64,000 bases of DNA from Anthoceros angustus (GCA_010909165.1 VJWM01000196.1:186001-250000); one strand, 5' to 3'. Counted from the first letter of the stretch, positions 48,216 to 61,650 are shown. The notes: generated from the letters alone by a model not told the origin. Translations and numbers: made by a program.

Positions 48216-51200
48216 CATATGCAACACTAATTTTGCGGGAGTGGAAACACTCTCTCAACGTGGGAGAAAGTGCTCATCCACCTTGCTCGTCGGGAGGAGA
48301 GAATCTTTAAAATTAAATTCATTGGAACTTCAAGTTCATAGGAAGGTGCATTCGACTTTTTGAAAACCCTTCTCCCTTCTCGACGAGAGTGAGACTCACC
48401 TACTTAAGAGAACATCTCGTGCAACAACGCGTGCAAGTGGAGGCATGGCATCATAGGAGCTTCTATTAGGGAAAATGAGCAGGGAGGAACAAGTTTAATT
48501 GTGACCCAATACAGGTCAAAAAATGCATAGCATATATGGTTTCATCTGGACTAACTCAATGAAATGCATGTTGGCGTAGACAGTCAGGCATCTTGTCTTC
48601 AAGTCATCTATGTAAATCGCTATATGCAGGATCTGAGACCAGATATAGGCCATATGGACAACCACGGAAGGAGCCGTACTCGGAGAAGAGGCCGGATCAT
48701 CTGGCGGATACCTTTCACCATTGCTACTCGGGAGGAACAAGGAGCTTACTCTTAGCCTTGAAAGGTCAACAACTTGAGGCGGAAGAAAGGATTTCAGCGG
48801 CCTTAGGGTTGTTTGAAGACATGGCCTCTGTTGGGATCTTGTGTCTCGTTCCATCCCCAAGCAATCCAACGTCCTTGACCTTTGCCGTTTTCCTCCCACT
48901 TCTTTGCAGCTTCTCGATGCCCTCTATTGCTGTTATCTTGTATTGGTTTCAATTCACAAGAACCCCCTCCAACTTCTCCATCGATTCCAAGACACGCCCG
49001 GGACCTTCTTGTCTCTAAGGATGGCCTCATGCCATAAATGTTGTACACAAGATCGTCTACCCTCCTCCACCTCATCGCTTTCTATTTGCTTCCAAACATA
49101 TCCATCGTTGTTAGTTGGCGGTCCAAAGTAGGCTTCGATGACAGATTTTAATCTTGTCGCGTAGGGCCCTTGTGACTGTCTTGTCCCTCACGTTGTATCC
49201 ATCACCCCGGATTTTCCCCTCATCCTTCCATGACCAGGTGATGAGAGGCCTTTTGGGTGAACCCCATATGGCTTCAAGCTTGCTCCCCCATTTAGCAGCT
49301 CCCTGCTCTCTCCCCCTCTTGCTCCTTTGCTCGCCCCTATTGGCTAATCGCCCACACCAACTTGCCCGTGGCGCCTCCACCCTCACCGTTGGTTGCACTC
49401 TCACCGGACTCATCATCATCCCTATTTGTGGACCAAAGAGTCCTCTTCGCGCCTCCTAAACACAAACAGCAAGCACGCTTTGTGAGCTTACGATAAATTA
49501 AAACCAAAGAGACTAGTTGTGCCGACTTTAGCTGACGGCCAGCCGGGCGGCATAATCCCGTGCAGTGCAGGAGGTAGAGGAGGCGGCGGATGGAGGCAGC
49601 AAGGACCTGGGCTACAACTCAAGATGCGTCGGAGGCGGTGATTCTCAGCAGAATCCACGACCTCGAGCACGAATAGTGCCTCGGCTCCGTCGAAGGCGGA
49701 GGAAAATCGGCGACTATCGAGGTTGGGCGTTGCCGAGCTGAAGGAGGAAGTCGGACGGAGTATCGGCACAGAGGGCGGAGCTAAGAATGAGCGGAGGCGC
49801 GAGCTGGAGGCAGAAAGAAGGCTGGTCCCGGTGAGAAAGGCGGAAGGAGCAGCTGCGCCGGCGATGGTGGCAATGGAAGGCAGCGGGGGCTGGGCGGTGA
49901 AGCAGTACGGCGAGGAGGTGGAGGCCGCCCTTGTAGCCTCGCGTGTCTGACCGGCTCAGTCAAATCTGGCGGAGGTGGCCCAACAAGGCGGCCGACTCCG
50001 GAACACTTATGGCGGAGGGTATCGGGTGCTCGGGCACGTGGAAGAGCAATTCAACAAGTCGATTCGGACTTTGCCTATTACCCAGCTCTGAAGGCGATGA
50101 AGCCTCGGCGGCTGAGCAGACGGACCACAGGCTCGAAGGAGATGAAGGCCAGGGGGCCGAGGGACCCTAGTGGCCTGTTTGGAGATAATAGGCGGAGGAG
50201 CGGAGGCAGCGAGGAGGCGGCGGATCTCGGCGAGGTAAGCACCCGCACCTCACCATGGAAGGAGGGGCCAGCAGAAGGAGTCACTTGAGCGCCGGGAGCA
50301 GTGGAGGACTTGAGGAGAGCCACGGAGGAGTCCGTGAGGAAACCGGGTGGGCGTGAGTCGGACTTTGTCCGGACCGAGGCCGGACCACAGTCGGACCTCG
50401 TGTTCCGGACCACAGTCGGACCCGAAGTCCGGACCACAGTCGGACCCGTGTCGTCCGGACCACGAGGTCCGGACCCCGACAAGGTCGGACCTAGCCCGGA
50501 CCCGGAAATAAGCGGACTCACGAGTTCGGGGTCGAGAGACCTCGAGGCCGGTGCGGCGATGAGGAGCCCCGACTTACGCTAGGGAGCGATGGTGGCCCCG
50601 TGAAGGACCGAGGAGGCCGAGGAGGATGGCGTCGTGTAGGCGGTTGTCGAACCGCCGGTACTGAGATTCGGGAGAGGAGGGCCCGCCTCACGGATCATCC
50701 GATTGGGTGCACCACAAGCTGTCGGGGCGAGTTGGACCACCCATTCGGGGCCAGGACCTTCCACAGTCGGCGAAGGAGATAGGGGAAAATATGGTAGTAG
50801 ATTAGGGTATCTGGCTATTTCGAATAGGGGTGTAATAAAGGCGCCACTTGGGCGCGATATAAGAGGTGCTCTAGTAAAGCATCTTTCTCTTGGTGTTGAT
50901 GCGTTCTTGCGGACCTTTGTGAGTCTTCTTGCTAACGTGAGTCACGATGGCGAGCCGGCGGCTCGGGAGATTGATCAAGGTCCGTGGCGGACTTAGCAGC
51001 GTTGTGGTGTGTGCGGGGAAGGGTGATGGTGACGTGCTCGTCGGGCAGCGTCGGCAAAAGCAAGCAGCGTGGCCGGAGGAACTCGGGAGGGTAGAGCCGG
51101 ACGGAGGCCGGCGGAGCAGCGGAGGAGGTCGGCTGCGTAACCAGCGTCTTTTCTAAGGCGAAGAGTGTAGCGTGAGAGGAGAGAGGAAAGGGCCGGATCG

Positions 51201-52800
51201 TGAGGATGTATGTGAGCAATCTGACGAGCAGGTCCCTAGCGTTTATAGCTGTCGGTGCGTTGTGAGTAGTTAGGAGTATGTGTGTGTTGAGGCGAGCGCT
51301 AAGGGCGGTAGAATCACACGAAGCAGTGGCGGGCCTATCATTCCCTTGGGAACGGACTTCTTCCTACAACGACACGGGATTGTGCGCGCCCGGCTGGCCA
51401 TCAGCAAAAGTCCCGCCACACATATGCAACACTCAATTTGCGGGAGTGGAAACACTCTCTCAACGGGGAGAGAGAGTGCTCATCCACCTTTGCTCGTCGG
51501 GAGGAGAGAGAATCTTTTAAAATTAAAATTCATTGGAACTTCAAGTTCATAGGAAGGTGCATTCGACTTTTGAAATTCAGGCACCCTTCTCCCTTCTCGA
51601 CGAGAGTGAGACTCACCTACTTAAGAGAACATCTCGGTAGGTTGCAACAACGTGCAGTGGAGAGCATGTCATCATAGGAGCTTCTAGTTAGGGCCCGAGG
51701 TGAGCAGGGAGGAACAAGTTTAATTGTGACCCAATACAGGTCAAAAAAAATGCATAGCATATATGGTTTCAGCTCTAACTCAAGAAAATGCATGTTGGCG
51801 TAGCTTACAGTTGTCTTGATCGGCATTCTCTATGTGGCTTATCGCCCATGCGAGGATGGAGACTATCCGTTAGGCCATATGGACAACCCACGGAAGGAGC
51901 CCGTACTCGGAGAAGAGGCCGGGATGCTGAGTCTGGCGGATACCTTTCGCCGCCGTTTGCTACTCAGGAGGAACAAGGAGCTTACTCTTCGCCTTGAGCT
52001 GAAAGGTCAACTTCAGCTTGAGGCGGGAAGAAAGGATTTCGCGACGCTTAGGGTTGTTGAGTTGAAGACATGGCGTCTCTGTTGGGATCTGCTTGTGTCT
52101 CAGTTCCATCCCCAAGCAATCCAACGTCCTTGACCTTTCGAAGCCGTTTTCCCTCCCACTTCTTTGCGAGCTTCTCGATGCCCTCTATTGCTGTTATCTT
52201 GTATTGGTTTCAATTCACAAGAACCCCCTCCAACTTCTCCATCAGGATTCCAAGACACATCAGCCGGGGGACCTTCTTGTCTCCTAAGGATGGCCTCATG
52301 CCATAAATGTTGTACACAAGATCGTCTACCCTCCTCCACCTCATCGCTTTCTATTTGCTTCCAAACATATCCATCGTTGTTAGTTGGCGGTCCAAAGTAG
52401 GCTTCCGATTGATTTTAATCTTGGTCGTAGGGCCCTTTGTAGTATCTTGTCCCTCACGTTGTATCCATCACCCCGGATTTTCCCCTCATCCTTCCATGAC
52501 CAGGTGATGAGAGGCCTTTTGGGTGAACCCCATATGGCTTCAAGCTTGCTCCCCCATTTAGCAGCTCCCTGCTCTCTCCCCCTCTTGCTCCTTTGCTCGC
52601 CCCTATTGGCTAATCGCCCACACCATAACTTGCCGTGGGGCTGCCTCCACCTCACCGTTGGTTGCACTCTCACCAGACTCATCATCATCCTCATATTTGT
52701 GGACCAAAGAGTCCTCTTTCTGCGCCTCCTGCGAAACACAAACAGCAAGCACGCTTTGCAGGAGCTCCCTTCTGCATAAATTAAAACCAAAGAGACTAGT
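48216..52800. repeat. ~3.2-kb duplication: spacer 48216-49520 repeated at 51421-52800, with an extra partial LTR 3' half at ~49560-51420
   Basis: catatgcaacac..gggagtggaaacactc starts at 48216 and 51421, agagactagttgtg occurs at ~49510 and ~52791, and a second gtcccgccaca|catat junction is at 51420. Confidence 0.8.
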
Positions 52801-55800
52801 TGTGGCGCGACTTTCGCTGACGGCCAGCCGGGCGCGCACAATCCCGTGTCGTTGTAGTAAGGGGCCCGCTCCTAAGAGAATGATAGGCTCCGTTGGCCAC
52901 GTTTCAATCGTTTCTCACCTCAACGCCGTGACCGTTTCAGACTCAAACACACACGCTTATCGTTTTACGACTAACTACTCGTAACGTCCACCGAATAGGC
53001 CCGGCGTGACCAAACGTTTAAGGACTCGTTATCCTCAGATTATCATTCGGCCGCCTGCTCTTCTAATCCGTTCCTCTCACTCTCGCTACATACATCGTTC
53101 TTGGGGAAAAAGGCGGGTGGGCTGCGTGGTTCGGACCTCCTCACGTTCCTGGGCCTCTCCGTCCGGCTCTACCACCTCCGTCCCTCCGCTCACGCGTTCC
53201 GGTCCGTCTAACGTCGATCCGCTGCCCTGGATGAGCAAGGGTCTCCGATCATTCGCCCCTGCACACACCACCACACGTTAGAGTCGCCACGGGACTGGAT
53301 CAGTCTCTCGAGTAGCCGGCGCTGCTTTCGGTGACTCGGGACTCCGTTAGCGAGAAAAGGCGTGCAAGTGCAAGAAAGCGGTACACCAAGAAAGATACTT
53401 TACTATAGCAGCTTCAGCCCTCTCATACTACGCCCAAGTGCGGCGTCTTTATTACCTATTACGGTGATGGCGATTGGTGTGCCCCTAATCGGCCGCCTAC
53501 GTTCCCCTCCGCCTATCTCCGTCGTCGTGAGGTGGGCACAGGGAGCCCTTGGTTCCGCCTCGGTATTCCTTGCCACTGACTGCGGGCGCACCCATCGGAT
53601 GATCCGCGGTAGACCCTTCCTTCCCGAGACCCTTCGGGTTGGAGCTCGGCGGTCGAGACAACCGCGGTAACCACCACATCCTCCTCTCCTGGCCTTCGAG
53701 TGGGTCCCCGCCCTGTAGGGCCACCGGTTGACTGCTCCTCCTGAGCAAGTCGGGGGTGACTCCCTCTCTCCTCCTAAGTCCGGACCTCGGAGTCCGGTCT
53801 CGACTCCACGGTCCAATCTTCAGACATCGGCCTTATTTCCAGAGTCCGGACCTTAGGCTCCGGTCTCGTCTCCAGAGTTCGGACCTCAAGGTCCGTTCTT
53901 ATTACCAGGGTCCGGTCCTCAAGCCCCGGACCCCCGACCACCTGACCACCTACTGTTGGGGGCCCATCCTCGCTCACCGGCCCTCCTCCATGGCTTGGGT
54001 CCGGTTGGTTTCCTCCTTCCCCACCCCCTTCGGGGCGCTCGTTCCTATCCTCCCTAGCTGGTTGCGGCTGACTTACCTCAAGGCTGGTCACGTTGGCGCG
54101 TCTGCTCCTCCCAGGCAAGTCGGGGTGACTCCCTCTCTCCTCCTAAGTCCGGACCTCGAGTCCGGTCACCATCCACGGTCCAATCTTGGGACTTATTTCC
54201 AGTCGGGACCTTGGGCTCCGGTCGTCTCAGTTGGACCTCAAGGTCGTTCTTATACTGGTCCGGTCCTCAAGCCCGGACCCCAGGCCCGACCACCTCTGTT
54301 GGGGCCCATCCTCGCTCAAGGCCCTCCTCCATGGCTTGGGTCAGTTGGTTTCCTCCTTCCCACCCCTTGGTCGCTCGTTCCTATCCTCCCTGGCGGGTTG
54401 GTGGCTTACCTCAAGGTCGGTCGTTGGCGCGTCATGTCTCTGGGGTTCTTCTCCACGTGGTCACCGAACAAGGCCACAAGGCCCCAGTCTGTCCCATGCC
54501 CTTCTTCTCCTTCCACTCCTTGACCCGGTCCAGGTCCGTCCGGTTATGGCGGGTGCGAAGCTTGCCTTGAGGAGCTCGGCGTGGTAGGCAAAATCCGAGT
54601 CGATTTTGGATTGCCTCTTCCACATGCGCCCGGGCACCCACCCTCCCGCCGCCATAGGTGCTCGGCGGTAGCGTCTTTGTCCGGCTTGGCCCGTCCCTCT
54701 GCGGTTGTCGGTTGGGCGAGCCGAGAATCATGGCCACGAGGAGGCCTCCGTTCCTTCCCTGACGCTGCTCCGCCTACTCAGCTCCGTCGTCGCTTTGTGC
54801 CCTTCCCGCCATGATGCAGCGCGCCCCCTCCGCCTTCCTCAACACCAGCAGCTTCTTTTCTACGTCCAGAGCCCTTGCTCCTCCGTTCATCCTGGTTTGA
54901 AGCTCCACCATCTCCCTCCTTAGGCGGTCCGGCAACTCTGCCCGATTTCGTGCTTCGTCCAGGTCCTTCTCCATTTCGGCGACGTCTTGCTCCTTGTTCC
55001 ATCGCCTTACCTCTTTCGTCCTCCAACAGAGCTGGAGTCGCTTTATCTCCCGCTCGTGATCAGCGATCACGCCTCGAAGAGCTCCGTTCCGCTCGATTGT
55101 GTCTTGGAGCTGCAGCTCCAAGGTCTCCTTGCGGTCTTCCATCTCCTGCCACCGTTCCTCCGCTCCACACAACTGAGCCCGGAGATCCTCCATCTCCTTG
55201 TTGCTGGCCTCTTTCTCTTCCGCGCAGTGGTCAGGTACTGCTCAGCCTCACAGCGCCTTGAGTTAGCAGCGGCATCGGCCGTCTCCCTCCACCGGTTCGA
55301 TCCGGGTAGATCATGGTGGTTTGCGCGGCCTCCGCCTCGCGCCGCCTTCACTGAGCTTAGGGCTTGGTGTTGTTCTCTGCCGCCTCGGCCAGGTCTCGAG
55401 CCCGCTCTGCCTGTCCTCGGGCTTCCTCCAACTCCCCTGGCCACTTCCGTCGCTGCAGGTCCTCCGGCTTGGGCCTCCACACTTGGTGCCGCTGCTAAAG
55501 GACTTTGGTCCGGTCTTGCTGAATAGACCGGACCTCCCGCTCTGCTTCCCGATGCTTCCCTCCTCGATTCGAGCGAGGGATTCCGCCTTCTTCTTGGCCT
55601 CCTGGGCCGCCTCCAGCTGCTCCTGGAGGAGCACCATGCGCCTCCTGGTTGCCTCCACCTCGTGGGTCTTCTCTGCCGTCCCGCAGAGACCCCAGAGCAT
55701 CCCGTCCATGACGGTTGCCAGGACTCGCCGTGTCTCTTCCACGGCCACAGCTGGCGAAGCACCCAAGAAGTCCGTCGTGGGTGCGGGCATTTCCGGTCCG

Positions 55801-57816
55801 TTAAGGACCGGGTCCGGGGTGAGTCGGACTTGGCTCTCGGACCATCGGGACCCTCGGGTCCAGTGCCTAGTCGGTCCTTCCACTTCCTTGGCCCGTTTGG
55901 CCGCTGCTCCTTCTCCGCCCGTCTTCGTTTTGGGCTTGGTGGCGGTGAGGGGTCGGGTGGCGTTTCCCTCTCCCGTCGGAGATAGGACGGGCTCCGGATG
56001 TGGCTGCGCGGTGCCCCTGCACCTTGAGGCGGCGTCCTCCGCTCTCCTGCACTTCCGCCTCCGCCTCCTGCCACTCTAGGGTGAGAGGAAACTGTGCAGT
56101 GTGCTCCTTGGCGCTTCGTTGGTAGGAGCCACCTTCCGCCTCTTGACGACTCGCTTTGTCCGGCGTGGCTCCACTTTGTGTGGCAGTTCTTTGGTGGTAG
56201 GCGTCGCCCGGTCAACTCTCTTCCCAGTGCTCGTCCGTGGCGGGCACCTCCTCCTCCGGAACGAGGAGGAGGCAGGGATATCCTCCCATACCTCTCGGGC
56301 GGCAAGGTGTCCATTCAGACGATGGTCCGGAATCCCTCCCAATCGTCTTCCTCCGGGCCGTTTGGCCTTAGGAGGTCGGGCCTCCGCCTCGCACCTTCGC
56401 TCCTTCCGCTCGCCTCGCGCCGCTCCTTCCGCTCTGCCTCCGGTGAGGCGCCAGACTCAGGCCGCTCCTCTTCTCCCTCGAGGTTGAGGTGTCCCCATAC
56501 ATGGATGAGGAAGGGGCAGTCTTGTGAGGCGACTTCGCCTGTAGCCTCAGCCTCCCGCTGATCCGGCGATAATACGCCCACGCTTTGCCTCAACAGGCGC
56601 GCAGAACACTGAAGATTATCACCAAGGTGATCCACCTTGGTGAGCATGTTCCAGTGGACAATGACCTTAGCCACTGCCCTCACCCGCCTATCCAGCAGGT
56701 CCGACATCAGCCAGCCGTTGGACGACCGTTGCGTCCCCGGCCTCAGCATCGCCGCCTTTGCCGCTTCTACCTTCCCCCTCACCTTGAGCTCCGGAACTAC
56801 ACCCCCAATTTCTTCCACCGGGCGGATGTAAACCGCCCTCAGGACCTCCACGGTCCACCTCCTGGGGTCCTCCCTCAAGCTTTTGGAGCGGACCTCCTTG
56901 TTGGCGACGGCCAGCATCTTCCTGGCATATTCTCTGACGAGCGTGACGCTGTCGAACGTCCAAACTGCGCTGAAGATGTCTAGGTGCCATTTCTCCACCA
57001 AGTCTTCTGCTTCCTCCAGCCTGTGGTCCAAGTGGGTATCTCCGGTGACAATTAAGGCCCACTGCGCCAGGGCTCCCATACCTCCGCTGCCTTCTTGGGT
57101 CCCATCGCCGCGTCCTTCTTGCTCCGCTGTTGGCGACTGTTGGCGATTGTTGGCGCCCTGCTCCCTCTTCGCCGCGTTTGCTGCTCCAACCACGAAGGTG
57201 AGCCGCGCGAAAGTGCCCGAGCGCTCGAAAAGATAGCGCCAAAGAGCTGGGTGGCGGAGCGCGAGAGACTGCGAAAATCGTCGCGAGGTCACAAAGAGAA
57301 ATGGCCTACCCTCCAGGCCGCGACGTCGGGAGTAGTCGCTGGGCGGGAGGGTGTCCCTTCCGCGTGAATCGCCGGGAGGTCCGCATTTACTCCCGCTACG
57401 CTTCCTGCTCGGCCTTACGCCACAGACTCTAGCCTTACGCCGAATCAGACTGAGCGTGAGTACCTACTTGACCCTTTGGCGGCCCTACGGTCACAGTGCT
57501 GCATGCCTGCCCCGCTCACACTGGCCCACGTGGCTTTGCATCTAAAACACGCTCCAACTTCTAAGTTACTTTACTTGGCGTGCTTATCCGTCGCCCGGAG
57601 TGTGGCCCCTGACTACTGTGCCGGGACCCCGATACTCGGTGGGCGGTCGAGCTCCTCGGTGTGCCGAGTCCTTGACCTACTCAGTCCTTGACCTACTCAG
57701 TGCGGTCAAGTACTCCGGACTTATTTCTTCCTTTCCGCCTTATTTTCTACTCCGCACCTACGAAAAAAACAAAACCTAACTCATTTCCTACCCCCGGGGA
57801 GAGTCCATGGTCCACA
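52801..57816 (-). mobile_element. Solo LTR (~5.0 kb) of a related, diverged subfamily, 5-bp TSD CTAGT
   Basis: On the minus strand it begins tgtggaccatggactctcccccggggg and ends aaagtcgcgccaca. CTAGT is at 52796-52800 and 57817-57821. It is colinear with the 34212-38544 LTR and has an internal ~370-bp duplication (~53735/54105). Confidence 0.9.
54774..57292 (-). CDS. LTR-encoded long ORF (interrupted by a few frameshifts), with an N-terminal globular-looking part, a Pro/Arg-rich middle and a coiled-coil C-terminus; homologs at ~34700-37000 and ~44400-46700 (+)
   Basis: ORF pieces 56315-57292, 55311-55883 and 54774-55193. Peptides TKVDHLGDN, IHVWGH, DPSPPPSP, PTTDF and EETRR are shared with the diverged plus-strand LTRs. 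Confidence 0.6.
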
Positions 57817-59322
57817 CTAGTGTAACAGATATCAACCATAAGCTTGGTCCTTGAGCCACCATGAACAGTCTGCTCAAAGAACCTGTAGGCACATCACACA
57901 GACCTCGTGTAAACACTAAGCTCAAGCAAGCCTAAGCAACACAAAGCTCAGGCTCAAGTAACACTAAGATGAATCAAATTGCTATCACTTTGGGCTTCTC
58001 ACAAACACCACCCACACCACAGAGGATACGGGGGCTCAGCTAGTAATTCTTGGAAAGATGCTCGTTGCCAGGTTGCATTTGAGTGGTGACGCTCTCCGAC
58101 GCTCACCCTGGAACATTCGGACAGCATCAGGATCTTTGGAGCCCATGTACGGGGACATCTCTGTTTCGGCCAATGGGGGTATGCAGAGATAAAGGAAAGG
58201 AACGGCTACATGCTCATATCTTTTTCATTAATTTCCAGTGCTAACACCTCTCAGAAAAAGAAAGAAACGTAGATTTTGTTTCTTTCCTAAAACAACATAG
58301 TCAGTGCATCTAAGTTAATATAGCGGAGTGGTTAGGACTGCACCCTTGAGGGTCAAAATCATGAAGTGGCTGTAATTTAGTGCTATGTTGTGGCCCTTGA
58401 AAAACAGGGCTCGAATCCCAGCACCCATCTGGCTGACAAATTGTAGGGTAGAAAGGCCACACCTTTTTGAATTTGACGGAGGGGAGGGATGACATGGCGA
58501 TCCACAGTGGGAACTCTCCCATAAAATCTTTTTTATGGAGTTCTAGGGTCTCATTCCCTAATTCAAACGCCTTTCATAACGTAAAGGACAAAAGTAACGG
58601 CGCGGTCATATTGACCATTAAGATGCCTAAAGAAAGAAAAACTGCGATCCTGCATTGACATAAGTCATCCCTCGTTTTTCACGTTGCAGTGTTTCGCAGT
58701 TTCACTGCGCAGGTCTGCATTGATTGCTCGGGCACCAAACCCTAGATGGGCCACCCGCTTGAGCCTAGTCTTGGTAATGCCCGGTCTTGGCAATGCCCAT
58801 TTAATATTAATGAGCTCCCAATAATACATCCTAGGTCTATATAAGGCTCTCCTTTCATATGCACGATCTCACTTCCGTGTAGCTCTTTTGGCTTCCCCTC
58901 TCTTGCGTTGTATGTATGCTTGGTGTGGTATTTTTCATATGTTCTTTAGGTGTAGGGTTTGTTTTCCAGTTATCATGAGTAGAGTATTATATTTACTGAT
59001 GCGATATACTTCTAGACAATTGTTTTCGACAATGATGTAATCTACTTCTCCTTCTACACATTCTCTCCCTTCAAATGATACCTTTTTAATCAATTGTGTT
59101 TTCATTATTACTTTTTATCGTGAGCCGAACTTCGCATACTGGGGAATACACTAGTACCGAGAGGAATGTGTCCACTACTAAGGGAGCCGGGCTTTATGCA
59201 CCGGCTTGCGTAGTACATGCCACTAATTGTGGTAGTAACCTCGCTGTGATCACGACAAACAGCGGATTAGCCTGCCTCTATTTGTGGAAGACTGAGCGTT
59301 ATCAAAGCTTATCTGTGATAAC

Positions 59323-61650
59323 TCATGCCGAGGGCAAAAATGCTTCGACCTCGAAGCCGGTAAGATGTGGTTGATGATCACGAGCATAGGCACAGAGAAG
59401 GTCAGGAGAACGGGAAAGGTTGGCAAGGGGTTTCGAAGAGCTCGATGCACCACTAATGGGGAAACCTTTCCGCAGCACTAAAAATTCATACCGATGGCGA
59501 ACACAGTAGCAGCGGAGAAGGCTCTCCACTTCATATGCGGGACCATCAGAGGTATCTATCGGGGCTGGGACAAAAGGTGGAGAGCCGCGATAAAGTTTGA
59601 GCAAGGAAACATTCAAGACAGGGTGAATGCGAGACTCAGGAGGAAGAGCAAGCTCATAGGCAATAGAGCCAATGCGATGGAGCATACGGTAAGGACCAAC
59701 AAAACGAGGGGAAATCTTATGAATGCCAGGAAGGGACAAATTCCGGGAAGACAACAGGACATAGGTACCAACCGCAAATTCTTGAGGACGGCGACGATGA
59801 TTGGCAAACTGGGCTTGGCGGATCTAGGCTTTATGGGCAAACTCATGAGCCTGCTTTTGAATTTGGACATGTTGGGTGAGGAAATCTAGACCAGTAGAGA
59901 CACAAGTAGCAGAAGGCAAGGAAGCAGAAAGCAACGTGTGGGGGTGAAAACCTTTGTTGTACAAGAATGGAGTGACACGGGTTGAGGCATTAGGAGCATT
60001 GTTTCAGGCAAACTCGACGAGGTGGAGAAAGTCCGGCCATCGAGCTTGGTGTATGCATAAGCACGGAGTATATGCTCAAAAGCTTTATTAGCTCACTCCG
60101 TAGCACCATCAGTCTGAGGGTGAAAGGCAGTAGATATACAGAGCTTGGTGCCAAGACCACGATGAACCCCTTGCCAGAAGCGGGACGTAAACCTAGAATC
60201 ATGGTCGCTCACAAGATAGGAGGGAAGGCCACGGGCACGATAAACCACTTTCAAAATTAAGTCAGCAATTTATTCAGTAGAGCATGTCTCAGTAGTGGGG
60301 GCAAGGAGCACTTGACGAATAAGCTTATCTGTGAAGACTAGCAACGTATCAAAGCTAGCAGCAGTGTGAGGCAATTCGTTTATGAAGTCAAGTGTGACTT
60401 GCTCCTAGGGCAGCAAAGGGACAGGCAAGGGTTCGAGCAGGCCGGCAGGGCATTGATGATAAGCTTTCGTGTATTGGAATCAGTTGCAAAGGAAGACATA
60501 ATCTCGAACATCCTGGGTGAGCTGAGGCCAAAAATGGAGCCGACTGAGAGTGGTAGTAGTACGATTTACACCCTGGTGGCCTGTAGATGGAACATCGTGA
60601 GCTTCATAAATCAAGGCCCGGTGGATATGAGGGACTTGAGGGACGAAAGGCTAGTGACGATACCAAAGAAGACCATCCCGCTCAACCCAGTCAGGGGAGC
60701 CAGCTCGAAGGGCTTGAAAAGAAGATTGGGCATCAGCATCGTATATGAGAGCCCTGAGAATTTCATCTTGCCAGTTGGGTTGAATCTGCAACTCAGAAAG
60801 TGCGTTAGTCTGAATCCTGCTTAAAGCATCAGCAACTTGGTTGTGACGACCCCTAGCATATCGATACTAATGCTGGTACTGCTGAAGCAACTCAAGCTAG
60901 CAAGCTTGCTTGCAAGAGAGAGTGGGCTGCGTTTGGAGATAAATAAGAGGGCAATGATCCATCTCGAGCTTGAAAGGGGCACCCTCCAAGAAACCGCGCC
61001 ATGTCTTTAACCGCGCCATGCCAGGTTCTGAGCTAAAGTCTCCTTTTCGCTGGTTGTCCAATTCAACTCGGCACCCTTCAATTTTCGCGAGAAGTAAGTA
61101 ATCGATTAGCGTCTTTGGCCTTGGTCTTGTTGGGGGACCGTACTGATGGTAAGATCAGAGGCATCAGGTGTAACGGGTAGGCCGGATTCGAGTATGCCAA
61201 CATAGGGGCAGTCACCAAAGCAGTCTGGATAGTGCAAAAAGCATTGTCTTGAGCCGCACCCCAAGTCCAAGCCTGGCCGTGCTGAAGCTGCTGAGTGAGT
61301 GGGGCAGCTAGGTGAGCAAAACGTGAAACAAACTTACAGTAATATGAAGCAAGACCGAGGAAGCTCTGCACATCATGTACTTGCTGAGGAATTGGCCAGT
61401 CCCTAATGACCTAAATTTGAGCGGGGTCTACACGGATACCTTCAGCATGGGCCCCATATGGAAATACTGCACCGTAAGCCTGACAAACGGTGAGCGAAAG
61501 ATGGGAAAAAGATGGCTTAAAATGTGCCATCCTTTCTGTATGGTGGGTAACCATCATGGCGCAGTTCATTTTGTTGCCTTAGTTGTGAAAGGCGCTTCAT
61601 ATTGAAGTTGGCCGCGTTTCTTCTTAGGGATTCCTGCTCTTGGAGATGAA
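59323..61650 (-). mobile_element. Decayed chromoviral Ty3/gypsy pol remnant (RT-RNase H-integrase-chromodomain)
   Basis: SFLGLASYYCKFV..APLT (~61370-61300), integrase Zn domain GHQGVNRT..FWPQL..DVRDYV..PAGLLEPL (~60590-60430), PRFVGPY..AYEL.LP..RIHPV.NVSLLK, and chromo-like YEVESLL..YEFLV..KGFP (~59750-59400). Confidence 0.85.

Larger units (their letters stand above)
33700..58300 (-). mobile_element. Possible highly decayed hAT (DUF659-like) transposase split by the LTR insertions (pieces ~33700-34200, 48216-49520, 57822-58300)
   Basis: Weak motif echoes only: PFHWSEFG and SCCERKDS (~33760-33880) resemble the hAT dimerisation WW..FG/SCERNWS, and KKWEENG..IAWGWNE (~48850) resembles W...G..IMSDGW. 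All are heavily frameshifted. Confidence 0.3.

Noticed and set aside
58680-59300. Candidate LTR for the chromovirus remnant
   Set aside because: No matching second copy, PPT or TSD could be identified.
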